Assembly: GCA_963749495.1 (NCBI GenBank) | Contig: CAVVMW010000005.1 | Span: forward strand, 64,001-128,000 | Reading direction: 5' to 3' | Source: an uncultured bacterium | GTDB lineage: Bacteria; Verrucomicrobiota; Verrucomicrobiia; Limisphaerales; UBA8199 | DNA length: 64,000 nucleotides | Part shown: positions 1 through 9,587 of the stretch, one piece after another | Numbering within the stretch: position 1 is the stretch's first letter | How the letters are laid out: every line of letters begins with the position of its first letter | Position numbers and translations under genes: made by a program | Notes under the pieces: generated by a model | What the model saw: the letters and a program-made list of their open reading frames with translations, nothing else | Told to the model about the DNA's origin: nothing | Database searches by the model: none

Positions 1-2
1 AA

Positions 3-386
3 CTCGCCGCCGCCCTGGGCGAAAAGGTCTATACCATCGGTATCGGCATCGAACAGCCCTGCACCCTCTACGCCTTCGACCCGGCCACCGGCAAGCTCAA
101 CCTGGACCCGGGCGGCAACCTCATCCCCACCATGACCCTCCAGCCCGCCAATTATAGTGTCCTGGGCAAAATGGCCTCGCTCTCCAAGGCGAAGTTCTAC
201 CGCGCCACCAGCCGCCACGAACTCCAAAGCATCTACAATGACATCGACCGCCTCGAAAAAACCAAGGTCAAGCTCAGGCGCTTCACCACCTACCGGCCCC
301 TCTTTCAGTGGCCCCTGCTGGCTGCCTTGGGCCTCTTCACCCTCGAAATGGCCCTGTCCAACACACGTTTGCGGAGGGTGCCGTGA
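3..386 (+). CDS. vWA-domain protein, BatA-like (C-terminal part, truncated by window edge)
   Basis: Open frame from pos 3: LAAALGEKVYTIGIG...FYRATS..L..IY.DIDRLEKT followed by a C-terminal TM helix; sits before a BatB-like gene. Confidence 0.8.
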   Translation, partial: LAAALGEKVYTIGIGIEQPCTLYAFDPATGKLNLDPGGNLIPTMTLQPANYSVLGKMASLSKAKFYRATSRHELQSIYNDIDRLEKTKVKLRRFTTYRPLFQWPLLAALGLFTLEMALSNTRLRRVP

Positions 387-391
387 TACTT

Positions 392-573
392 AGTCCACAG
401 TCCACAGTCCACAGTCCACAGTCCACAGTCCACAGTCCACAGTCCACAGTCCGGATTCGTCATTCGTCATTCGTCATTCGTCATTCGTCATTCGAACGCC
501 CATCATCACCCCCATTTTCCATCACGCGCCCCCATGGGCCGCACTCCGCACTCCGCACTCCGCACTCCGCACT
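392..573 (+). repeat. Three adjacent heptamer tandem arrays: (AGTCCAC)~8.7, (ATTCGTC)~5.7, (CCGCACT)5
   Basis: Read directly at 392-452, 455-494 and 539-573. Confidence 0.95.
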
Positions 574-576
574 TAA

Positions 577-1640
577 ATGACCTCTTCCCTGGTTAACCCT
601 CACTTTGCCGAGCCGCACTGGGTGTGGTTGGCGGCGCTGGGGCCGGTGGCGCTGCTGGCCCTGCAACGGTATGCGGCGTGGATGCGGCGGCGGCACCTGG
701 CGCGCATCGCCGCGCCACAGTTCGTGCAGGAGTTGACCGCCTCCCACAGCGCCATCCGCCGCGAGATCAAGAACGGGTTGCTCATACTGGCGGTGGCGGG
801 GATCGGCCTGGCCCTGGCCCGGCCCCAGTGGGGCGAGCGCTCCGATGCCGGCTACTTGCTGGGCCAGGACATGGTCTTCGTGCTGGATTGCTCGCGCAGC
901 ATGCTGGCCGCGGATGTCTCGCCCAGCCGCCTGCAGCGGGCCAAGCTCTCCATTCTGGATTACGTCCAGCGCCACGGGCGCGGCCGCGTCGGCCTGGTCG
1001 CCTTCGCTGGCCAGGCCTTCCTCCAGTGCCCCCTTACCTTCGATTACGGCGCCTTCCAGGAGGCGCTCAGCGCCCTGGACGACAAGACCATCCCGGTGCC
1101 GGGGACCGACATCGGCCGGGCGCTGGACGAGGGGTTCCACGCCATGGACAAGAGCGAACGGCTCAAGCTGCTGGTGCTGGTCACCGATGGTGAAGACCTC
1201 GAAGAGGCGGGGTGCGCGTGGCGGAATCGCTGGCCAAACGGGGCGTGGTCGTGTTCACGGTGGGCGTGGGCACGCCGGGGGGCACAGAGATCCAGGTCCT
1301 CAACGAGCAGGGCAAACCCGAATGGGTCCGCGACCGCAACGGCGAGGTCGTGCGCAGCCGCCTGGATGAAGACACCCTGCGCGCCATCGCCCAGGCGACG
1401 CACGGCTCCTATTTCCCGCTTGGGCCCCTGGGCGAGGGCTTGGCCAAGGTCCGGCTTGCCGTCCAGAGCCTCAACCCGCCGACCGGCTCCGCCCCCGGCC
1501 GCAAACTGGGCGTCAACCGTTTTCACTGGCCCGTGGGGGCGGTCCTGGTCCTCCTGGTGGCCGAGTCCCTCGTGGGAACAAGGAGGAGGGGCTCCGACCT
1601 GAAATCCGAAGCAGGCAGAAAAATGGGGGCAGAAAGATAA
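577..1640 (+). CDS. BatB-like vWA-domain protein (frameshift near 1203)
   Basis: HFAEPHW..., LARPQWG, DCSRSM MIDAS motif, PLTFDY, TDGED; continues in ORF 1212-1640 (VFTVGVGT...SRLDEDTLRAIA). Confidence 0.85.
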
Positions 1641-1650
1641 GAGGCGGTTG
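1614..1650 (+). repeat. Dispersed repeat GGCAGAAAAATGGGGGCAGAAAGATAAGAGGC; inverted copy at ~11101-11138
   Basis: Near-identical reverse complement at 11101-11138; this copy supplies the BatB-like stop codon. Confidence 0.75.
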
Positions 1651-1678
1651 CTGAATTAACCTGGAAGCTCCGATCCCA

Positions 1679-1762
1679 GACCTTTGTCGTAGCCTTTGTC
1701 GGCACCTTTGTCGAGAAATGGCCAATACGACAGAGGTTTCGACAAAGGCTGCGACAAAGGTC
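1679..1762. repeat. 12-mer palindromic element (CCTTTGTCGnnn)n-spacer-(CGACAAAGG)n; other copies at 9089-9182, 9418-9489, 39356-39439, 48227-48310, 55426-55509
   Basis: Six copies read directly, with inverted arms of 2-4 units, mostly just downstream of stop codons. Confidence 0.9.
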
Positions 1763-1784
1763 CGGAATCAGGCCTCCCGGAGCG

Positions 1785-1848
1785 CGTTTCCCGTTTCCCG
1801 TTTCCCGTTTCCCGTTTCCCGTTTCCCGTTTCCCGTTTCACGTTTCAC
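1785..1848 (+). repeat. Heptamer array (GTTTCCC)n/(GTTTCAC)
   Basis: Read directly; overlaps the last codons of the GH5 gene. Confidence 0.9.
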
Positions 1849-2926
1849 GCAAGACCTCAAGCATCTGCCGGTCCAGCTTGTGGCCGCGGAAGTCTTCGTA
1901 GGTGACATCGGCGCGGCCGCTGTCCAGCACGCCGAAGCCGCCGCGGAGGTTCCACAGGGCCCAGCCCCAGCCGGCCTCCTTCCAAAGGGCCAGGCAGTCG
2001 CGCATCCAGGCCAGAACGACCGCGTGGGGCGTCCGGTTGAAGGCGCCCCATTCGCCGACGTGCACGCCTACGCCCTTCTCTTCAAGCCGTTTCCAGGGCT
2101 CGATGCGGTTTGCGCGCAAGGTCTTCTGGTTGACCTCGCCGGGTTGGCCGGGGTGCAACGGCCAGGTTGGCTCGGGCCATTGGTCGGAGCCACGCATCCA
2201 ATTGGCCTTGTAATGCGAGATCTGCACCGGCTCATAACCGCGCGTGCTCTGCGCGATGCCCAGGGCTGCCAGTCCCATCACAGGTGTGCTGCCCCACTTT
2301 AGGCCGTCGGCAATAATGAGCCGCTGGGGGTCCTCGGCGCGGATGGCCTCGACCAGACGCCTGACCACCCGCACGTAAGTTGCCTCCGAGATATCCGGCG
2401 GTTCGTTGAGCAAATCGAAGCTCACGCGTTCGTTGGGAATGCCCTTGTAGCGCTTGGCCAAGTGCCCCCAGTGAAACGCACAGGCCTCGAGCGCCTTCTC
2501 GTCCCTCCACAAATCGAGCCGCTCCCGGGGCGGGTTCACGCAGTAACCGGGCGCGCGGTGCAGATTCAAGTTCACGTGTACCCTGTGCTTGCGGCCCAGC
2601 GCGACCGCCTGGTCCACGTCCTTCAACTCCCCCTCTCGCAGCGTCAACCAGTCGCCCGGCTCCGCCCAGCACCGATACGACATCGGCAGACGCACGAAAT
2701 CAAACCCCCACTCGCTCAGCACAGCGAAATCGCTCTCCTGGAAGGGCGGATTGCCTCCCTCATGCTGGGTGAATTTCTCGAGCAGGTTGAATCCGCGCCA
2801 GCGTGGCAGGTGCGCGGCGGTGGCAGGTTTCATCTCGGCCTCGGCGGCGCCCAGCGGCTGTGCGCAGAGGCCGGCCGCCCCAGCCGCGAGCACGCCGGCC
2901 TTTTGCAGGAATTCACGGCGATTCAT
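1838..2926 (-). CDS. Glycoside hydrolase family 5 (cellulase family) with Tat signal
   Basis: MNRREFL Tat motif; WRGFNL, GFDFVRLP, LLNEP acid/base, VGEWG nucleophile, WALWN. Confidence 0.9.
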   Translation of the reverse strand: MNRREFLQKAGVLAAGAAGLCAQPLGAAEAEMKPATAAHLPRWRGFNLLEKFTQHEGGNPPFQESDFAVLSEWGFDFVRLPMSYRCWAEPGDWLTLREGELKDVDQAVALGRKHRVHVNLNLHRAPGYCVNPPRERLDLWRDEKALEACAFHWGHLAKRYKGIPNERVSFDLLNEPPDISEATYVRVVRRLVEAIRAEDPQRLIIADGLKWGSTPVMGLAALGIAQSTRGYEPVQISHYKANWMRGSDQWPEPTWPLHPGQPGEVNQKTLRANRIEPWKRLEEKGVGVHVGEWGAFNRTPHAVVLAWMRDCLALWKEAGWGWALWNLRGGFGVLDSGRADVTYEDFRGHKLDRQMLEVLRET

Positions 2927-3074
2927 AACGCCCCCATGGAATACGCCTCCTCGAGCTGGATGTAAAAGCAAATGTCGGACAAGAAGGTTGCCGCGTGCTC
3001 AGTTGTGGGGGGCCAAAGCGGCGGGATACGCCGCACTCCGGACGCTTCGCGAGGGAGGGACGCGCGGGGAATAT

Positions 3075-3162
3075 CGCGAAGCGTTTTGGACTGCGCCAGT
3101 CCTCTGGCGCTTTCTTTGCCTTGGAAATGCAAAAGCGCCGGAGGACTGGCGCAGTCCAAAAC
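3075..3162. repeat. REP-like inverted pair TTTTGGACTGCGCCAGTCCTCTGGCGCTTT; related copies at 4686-4724 and 60995-61082
   Basis: Inverted arms each with an internal hairpin; three loci. Confidence 0.85.
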
Positions 3163-3195
3163 CTCGCGGGCTTCTTGACGGCCCAACCGGGCAGC

Positions 3196-4761
3196 TCAGC
3201 AAACCCTGCCCCCCTCGGCACTCGGTTTGGGCTTAGCCGCAATTGGCCCAGCCACGCTCCTGCCCCCGTCGAGCGAGCAGGTGATGAGGCTGAACTGAGG
3301 CGCCTCGCGCGCCCCGCGGCGACGCAGAAAACCCAAGGCAACGCAGCCTGAAGCCAAAATGGCGCCCGCGCAAAGGCTCAGGCGGCTGGAGGCCAACATC
3401 GGCCGCGGCGTTGTGGTCTTCTGGGGCGGCCTGGCGGGCTCAGGTGTCGGGGGCACGACGCGCGCGACATTCGAGGCCGGCGGGGGCGGCGTCACGACAG
3501 AGGTCGACGCTTGAGGCGGCGCGGCAGGTTCTGATACTGCCACCGCCGGGACCGGCGAGGGCGCGGCTTCCGGCGGGGCTGAAGCGAGCGAACTCGCGGG
3601 CGAGGAGGCCGGCGTTACCATGACATTGGCCGCGACGGAACTTGCCGATGGGCCGGGGCCGCCGGCGCTGGCGCCGCCCGTACGTTCACTTTCAGATGGC
3701 ACTTGGGCATGGGAAGGCGCTGTGGGGCAGACCTCTGGTCTGCCAGTTAACGGGGCCTCTGGCCCCGAGGTTCCGGAGTTGCCTGGTGTGTCCTCCCCCA
3801 AAAAAGACACGCCTCCAAAGGAGGCGTCAACTGGCGGACCGGAGGTCTGCCCCACGCTGGTGCTGTCCAGACCTGCCAGCGCAGGTTCCACGGGGATCTT
3901 TGGCGCCGGCTTGGGGTTGACCGGGCTCTCCGCTCTTGCCGTCTGGCCCGCATCCGGCAGCGGCTTCCTGCCGGAGAGGATGAGCGGCGGCGCGACTGGC
4001 GGCGGGACCATTTGCGCGGCCGGCTGCGGCGCGGGGGCGGGCGGTCCCTCTCGGACGACGGGCCGCTCCGGCGGGGGCATGGGCGGAAACTCGACCGGCT
4101 CGGACGCCGGCCTCACGGAGCAATTGGTGAGCTTGCCATTCCTGGCCCGCAGGACGGTCACCAGCGGCACCCGTTGATTCTGCCGCTCACTGTGCCAGCG
4201 CGCAAACAGGTCGTTGATCCGTTCATCGAAAGGCGTGCCGTGGATTTGCGAGCCGCCGGTCGAGATCAGGATGATCGTGAGGGCCTCGGAGTCCTTGACG
4301 ACGCCCTCCAGAGCGCCCATGACCTTGCCGAGGTTGGGCTGGTTTTCGTAATGCCGGGCCTTGAGAAAGCCCAGGGCGCGCCCGCCAATCGCCTGCTGCT
4401 GCCCGGGCGCCCAGACCTCCAACGGGAAGAGTCCCGCGTAGAGGTCCTGGTTGAAGGTCCACAGGCCCACCGTGTCGCCGCCGCGCAACTGGCCCTGCAT
4501 CGCACCCCCCAGCAACTCCTGCACGGTCCGAAGCATCGCCTTGGACCGGGTCCGCATCGAGCGGGACGTTTCGACAACCAGCAGGTATCGGCTGCCGCCG
4601 CCAGACGGAGCCGCCGGCTGGGCCGCCGGCGCCGGGCCGGCCAGCGCCAGCAAGAGCGCCGCGGTGAAGGCCGCGCGGCCCAGAGCGCGAAGCGTTTTGG
4701 ACTGCGCCAGTCCTCTGGCGCTTTTGTGCTCCCAGGGGCCGGAAGAGCGGTCCCGACGCAT
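3196..4761 (-). CDS. Exported protein with vWA-like N-domain, Pro/Ala-rich linker and C-terminal TM helix
   Basis: Hydrophobic signal, YLLVVETSRSM (degenerate MIDAS), low-complexity Pro-rich tract, TM followed by RRR; start uncertain. Confidence 0.65.
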   Translation of the reverse strand: MRRDRSSGPWEHKSARGLAQSKTLRALGRAAFTAALLLALAGPAPAAQPAAPSGGGSRYLLVVETSRSMRTRSKAMLRTVQELLGGAMQGQLRGGDTVGLWTFNQDLYAGLFPLEVWAPGQQQAIGGRALGFLKARHYENQPNLGKVMGALEGVVKDSEALTIILISTGGSQIHGTPFDERINDLFARWHSERQNQRVPLVTVLRARNGKLTNCSVRPASEPVEFPPMPPPERPVVREGPPAPAPQPAAQMVPPPVAPPLILSGRKPLPDAGQTARAESPVNPKPAPKIPVEPALAGLDSTSVGQTSGPPVDASFGGVSFLGEDTPGNSGTSGPEAPLTGRPEVCPTAPSHAQVPSESERTGGASAGGPGPSASSVAANVMVTPASSPASSLASAPPEAAPSPVPAVAVSEPAAPPQASTSVVTPPPPASNVARVVPPTPEPARPPQKTTTPRPMLASSRLSLCAGAILASGCVALGFLRRRGAREAPQFSLITCSLDGGRSVAGPIAAKPKPSAEGGRVC

Positions 4762-4801
4762 CGGGACCGCAGTCCGTAACCTTGCGGGCCTGCCGGTCCG
4801 T

Positions 4802-5285
4802 TCATGCAGGGCCCTGTGGCCGCCGACGCTCGAACCGGTGCCGCTCCCGCCGATTGTGGAGTTTGATGTCGTCATGCATCTCTGCCAGCGTGCTCTCGAC
4901 AGTCTGGATGAAATTGAGACAACTGGACGCCAACCCGCCCAGGCTCAGCACCGTCTCCCGCTCGGCGTGGTCGTCGGTCACCGCCAGCACTTCGCCGTAG
5001 CGGCTGAAGGCATAGGCGGCCCGTTCGATCATCTGGTCGGCCGTTTGGCCGCGCCTCGAGGTAGAGCACTTCGACTTTGGCATCCGATGGAGCATCCGGC
5101 GTGCCGGGCGGCCGGTTGCCGTCGAAAAAGATGGTGACCGGCGTGCCGGTGGCGTCCTGGTAGAGCGTGAGCCGCGCAATCAACTCCCCGCGGGCCAACG
5201 CGGAATACCGCGCCTTGCCCGGCGCCAACCGCGGCCAGTTGTGCAGGAGGCTGTAGCCATCCACCAATATGCGCACCAGCGCCAT
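4802..5285 (-). CDS. NYN-domain (YacP-like) nuclease (frameshift near 5060)
   Basis: ILVDGYSLLH, TIFFDG, then GQTADQMIER and AVTDD in the shifted frame. Confidence 0.85.
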
Positions 5286-5335
5286 GAGGAAAGATAAACC
5301 CAGAGGGCCTGCCCAACCAAGCACATCATACACGA

Positions 5336-5490
5336 AGGGTCGAGGGTCGAGGGGCGAGGGGCGAGGGACGAGCGTCGAGGGGCGAGGGGCGGCCAAGCTG
5401 GGACGCCAACGGCGTCGTTCATACCAGCCCAGGGCAACGCCCTGGGGACCGCCGCCCAAAAGCCATTCTGAGCGCTGAAGGCGCGATTCA
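5336..5490. repeat. Heptamer array (CGAGGGG-like) followed by a CCCAGGG..CCCTGGG REP-like element
   Basis: Read directly. Confidence 0.7.
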
Positions 5491-5584
5491 TCCTGCTCCT
5501 TTTAGGTTCAGTCGTGCGCCCCAACCGCCTTTTCTCCAGTTTTCCGCGCTTGTTGAGCGGGAGATTTCCTGCTAGTGTTTCCTC

Positions 5585-5815
5585 ATGAACGTCAGTGACG
5601 AGATCCTGGATTTTCTGGTCCAACAGATTCCTGCGCAATCGTTGGCGAATTTCAGGGCATCGGAAGAGGCGCGCCAACGAATATGGACTTTGATCGCCAA
5701 AGAAAAGGAATCCGGCCTCCTGCCCGAGGGAAAAGTGGAACTCGACGATTTTCTGAAGCTCGAACACTTGGTCGTCCTTGCGAAAGCCAAAGCTTTGGCC
5801 GCCGGGCATAGCTGA
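5585..5815 (+). CDS. Small antitoxin-like protein
   Basis: 76 aa (EILDFL...FRASEEARQRI..LI.KEK...ELDDF..LEHL...AKA), the type usually found before HNH genes; TGnTAGTGT 6 nt before the ATG. Confidence 0.65.
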   Translation: MNVSDEILDFLVQQIPAQSLANFRASEEARQRIWTLIAKEKESGLLPEGKVELDDFLKLEHLVVLAKAKALAAGHS

Positions 5816-5890
5816 TGTCATCAGCCAGCAGTTGCGACGCGAAGTCCGGGCGCGGGCTGGCGGGCGCTGTGAGTCTTGTGGGCGTCTGAG
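5808..5890 (+). pseudogene. HNH endonuclease N-terminal remnant
   Basis: ISQQLRREVRARAGGRCESC, then similarity ends and no HNH core follows. Confidence 0.55.
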
Positions 5891-5933
5891 GGGGTTTCTC
5901 TTGTGTCGTCGGACGACGTTGCGCAAAGGCCTT

Positions 5934-6539
5934 TCAATCTGGATAAGGGCCGAGGAAACGCCCGCCGTTGAAGTGAATCAAATGGTCCGGCGCCTCCGCG
6001 ATCCACACTTCTGTCTCCCAGGAAATGAGTGGCAGGAAACCCTGCATCACGCGTCGCGTCTCGAATGCGGTCACCAAGACCAGCCCGGCTTTGCAGCCTT
6101 TGAAAAGTTCTCTCAGTTCGTTCCGGCGTTTCCAATCCACCGCCCCCGCGCTCATGACGGCTTCCACCAGCAGCAGCCAGTTGCGTTTCGTGTCATGCAC
6201 GACAACGTTCGGCATTTTCGCGGAAGGCGCAATCACCACGCCCAAGCCTTCGAGATAGGCCGCTTCAAGATGCAAGAACTTGCTCTCCGCGTCACCGATG
6301 TAAACAACCGTCGCGCCCGGCGCGAAGCGTGGACAAAACTCCTCGATGATTTTTTTGATGAGAGGATTCTGCCCGCCAGGCGAGAGCGTCACGGTTTCGC
6401 CTGACGGCAGTTTCACAGGGATGCGCGCCAGATTGCGCTCGCGTTCCACGGCCTGACGAATTCTCGCGCGGTTCGCCAGATATTCCTTCAACTGTGCCGG
6501 CCTCCGCTTCGTTCCGAAAACATGCACTCGTATTGCCAT
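5934..6539 (-). pseudogene. BsuBI/PstI-family restriction endonuclease, C-terminal domain only
   Basis: LSPGGQNPLIKKIIEEFCPRF, KMP(N)VV, VEAV, ISWETEVW, HLIHFNG.RFLGPY; N-terminal domain and methylase absent. Confidence 0.8.
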
Positions 6540-6620
6540 GTTAAGTAGTACCAGGCAAAAAACCCTTAAATTCCGTCAGAAAGCAAGGACAAAAGCCCCG
6601 CGAACGCACGATCAACGGCC

Positions 6621-6998
6621 TCATCGTGGGCAGTGCCTGCTCCCACGTGAGGCCAGAAGTTTTCCCTGCTTCAACCATCCGGTCTCATCCAAAACCCACT
6701 CTTGCAGAGGCTCGATTGCCGGGATCATCTCCCGCCGAATGGCTTGCCAAACCACCCGGGCCGGCCATCGGCCCTCTGCGATGAACTGCTGGAGCTTTTG
6801 GCGATCAACGCGAAGCCGCTCAGCCATAGGCTCGATTGACTTGCGCTGGCCCGGCATCAGCAGCCCCTGCACATAGAGCGCCGCGCCCTCGCGACGCTTG
6901 CTCCGGCCGATGTTCGCCACCAGTGGTTTGATGAACTCTTGCACTTGCGCGATTTTTCGCCGCGTTTGATCCAGGTTCCACCTCATGCCCAGAAACAA
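6621..6998 (-). mobile_element. IS701-family transposase 5' fragment
   Basis: YVQGLLMPGQRKSIEPMA, LQQFI...W, VLDETGWLKQG, then truncated. Confidence 0.85.
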
Positions 6999-7041
6999 TG
7001 GCAGACCGGAAAAATGGTGTCAACCACTTAACCGAACAACA

Positions 7042-7506
7042 CTAGAAGGAGATGCTCCACGTCGAATAAATGCCCTTCGCCTTCGAGAACACCTCAGCTA
7101 GGGTGAGTTCCATGTGATCTCCAGTCGTGGTGTTTACGAACGCAAACCTGAATTGTTCCCTCAGGCTCTGAGCTACCAGGACTTCAGCTCCAGAGAGGCC
7201 GAAAAAGAAAGCAGAGAAATCTGGTTTCAACCTCTTCCTGGTGGATTTGACCTCGAAGATCGTTAAGTTCCTCAGGTTCTTCTCGACATCGGAAAGCTCA
7301 TCCAGGTTGACCTGAGTCGGCGACTTCACGATGTCGAAGGCCCGGCCATAGACAAGCTTCCCCTTTTTCGCGAAGGCCACGAGGAGATTCGCCTTCTGCC
7401 TTGAGGTTGGCACCACAAATCCATCATTCAGGGCCACAAGGATTTCACAAGCCTTTTTGGCCGTTTGTTGCCCAGATTGCCAGTCCTCTGAGGTGCTGGT
7501 TTTCAT
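7042..7506 (-). CDS. Small PD-(D/E)xK nuclease (DUF3883-like motif)
   Basis: AFDIV...FEVKST...FF.LS.AE...A; GC content lower than flanks. Confidence 0.6.
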   Translation of the reverse strand: MKTSTSEDWQSGQQTAKKACEILVALNDGFVVPTSRQKANLLVAFAKKGKLVYGRAFDIVKSPTQVNLDELSDVEKNLRNLTIFEVKSTRKRLKPDFSAFFFGLSGAEVLVAQSLREQFRFAFVNTTTGDHMELTLAEVFSKAKGIYSTWSISF

Positions 7507-7778
7507 TCGTTCGCAGCCTGACGCCCCGATGCTCCGCGGAGCCGTTTCGAAAAAACCGCTGCGAAGTTTTCGATGGTCGTTCCCAACGCCTTGCAGACGA
7601 GCACAGTCTCAACAAAATCCAACCGGCGCTCGCCAGTTTCGTACTTGCTGACGTAGCTCTGGGGAGCATCCAGCCTGGTGGCGACTTGCAACTGGGTAAG
7701 CCCCTTGCTCAACCGAATCTCCTTGAGAAGCGGAACAAACACTTCGCGGTATTGCGCCGGGTTCTTCAAAACCTGCAC
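7503..7778 (-). CDS. XRE-family HTH regulator
   Basis: LKEIRLSKGLTQLQVA.RL..PQSYVSKYETGERRLD; ATGA overlap with the nuclease gene; start uncertain. Confidence 0.88.
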   Translation of the reverse strand: MQVLKNPAQYREVFVPLLKEIRLSKGLTQLQVATRLDAPQSYVSKYETGERRLDFVETVLVCKALGTTIENFAAVFSKRLRGASGRQAANE

Positions 7779-7977
7779 ATGATTATCCAATTGAACGAAA
7801 TAACCCAAAATAGGATATTCGGGGCATGAGGGGATTTGAGATCGACAGGAAGCTCCTGCACGAAGCCCTTCACCCCACTACCGTCCGATTCCCGAACGGG
7901 GAGGTCCTCGCCCCCTGTCCCTCGCCCACGCGACTATTTGGCTTGTTCGGCGCCTGTAACTGGTTTATCCCATTGCG

Positions 7978-9078
7978 GTGATCATTGGCGTTCCCAAGGA
8001 AATCAAAGACCAGGAGTACCGGGTGGCGTTATTGCCCTCGGCGGCGTATCAACTGATCCGGCGCGGCCACGAGGTGCTGGTCGAGCGCAATGCCGGCGCG
8101 GGCGCGGGCTATCCGGACGAGGATTATGCGCAAGCAGGGGCGACGCTGGTGGAGGACCACGCGGTGCCATTCGAGAAGGCGGAGCTGGTGGTGAAGGTCA
8201 AGGAACCGCTCCCCTCGGAGTATGGGCTGCTGCGGCCGGGCCAGCTTCTGTTCACCTACCTGCACTTGGCAGCGAGCCGTTCGCTGACCGAGGCGCTGCT
8301 CAAGGCGCGGGTGACGGGCCTGGCTTACGAGACGATCGAGATGAACCGGCGGCTGCCGCTGCTGGAGCCGATGAGCGAGATTGCGGGGCGGATGTCGATC
8401 CTGGTCGGCGGGTATTTCCTGGCCAAGCACGTTGGCGGGAGCGGCGTGCTGCTCGGGGGCGTGCCGGGCGTGCTGCCCGGGCGTGTCGTGGTGCTGGGCG
8501 GCGGCACCTCCGGCATCAACGCCGCCCGCATGGCGCAGGGCCTGGGCGCGGATGTGACCGTGCTCGAAGTGGACTGGGAACGGATGCGTTTCCTGGACAT
8601 CACGCTGCACACCGCGCACACCCTCTACTCGAATGAGGCCCATCTGCTGGACTTGCTCCCCTCGGTCAACCTGCTCATCGGGGCCGTGCTCGTGCCGGGC
8701 GCCAAGGCGCCAAGACTGATCCGGCGCGACATGCTCCGGCGCATGCACCCCGGCAGCGTGCTGGTGGACATCGCGATCGACCAGGGCGGCTGCGCCGAGA
8801 CCTCGCGCCCGACGACCCACGACGACCCGGTCTTCGTCGAGGAAGGCGTCATGCACTATTGCGTGGCCAACATGCCGGCGGTTTACGCCCGGACCGCCAC
8901 CCAGGCCCTGACCAGTGCCACCTACCGCTTCATCGAGTGGCTGGCCGATTTGGGCCTGGCCGAGGCCTGCCAGCGCCAGCCCGCCCTCCTGAGCGGCATC
9001 AACGTCATGGACGGCATGGTCACTCACAAGGCGGTGGCCGAGGCGCACGGATTGCAGTGGAACAGCCCGAGGTTGTAG
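7978..9078 (+). CDS. ald: Alanine dehydrogenase
   Basis: IGVPKEIK..EYRV, KVKEP, FTYLHLA, PMSEIAGR, DIAIDQGGC, HYCVANMP. Confidence 0.97.
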   Translation: MIIGVPKEIKDQEYRVALLPSAAYQLIRRGHEVLVERNAGAGAGYPDEDYAQAGATLVEDHAVPFEKAELVVKVKEPLPSEYGLLRPGQLLFTYLHLAASRSLTEALLKARVTGLAYETIEMNRRLPLLEPMSEIAGRMSILVGGYFLAKHVGGSGVLLGGVPGVLPGRVVVLGGGTSGINAARMAQGLGADVTVLEVDWERMRFLDITLHTAHTLYSNEAHLLDLLPSVNLLIGAVLVPGAKAPRLIRRDMLRRMHPGSVLVDIAIDQGGCAETSRPTTHDDPVFVEEGVMHYCVANMPAVYARTATQALTSATYRFIEWLADLGLAEACQRQPALLSGINVMDGMVTHKAVAEAHGLQWNSPRL

Positions 9079-9587
9079 TCTGCTTCCAGACCTTTGTCGC
9101 AGCCTTTGTCGGAACCTTTGTCGAAAAGCGGCCAATCCGACAAAGGTTGCGACAAAGGTTGCGACAAAGGTTGCGACAAAGGGGCCTGGCCCAGGTCCTC
9201 CGATGCTTAGCCGTGTGCTACGCGGCCTTGGGCAGGGGACGAACTTGCCGTTCGATCCGGCTCCGTCTGCCCTCCAGTGGTATGTCCGTCGAGAGGATAT
9301 CAGGGTCTCGTGGCGCCCATACAGGGCGCCGGAGGTTACGGGCCGATAACCTGGGCCTCCGCTCGCAAGCTCGCTCCAGCCCAGGCTTTCACATGTCGGG
9401 CTTTCAGCCCGAATCCGGACCTTTGTCGCAGCCTTTGTCGGAACCTTTGTCGGAAAGCGGCCAATCCGACAAAGGTTGCGACAAAGGTTATGGCCCCATG
9501 ACCTGCGCCTCCGCTCGTGCCGGGGTAACACCGCGGCCTCTCACTTTCCTGTCGCCCAATCCCAGCCTCGCGGGTAATATACGTTCG

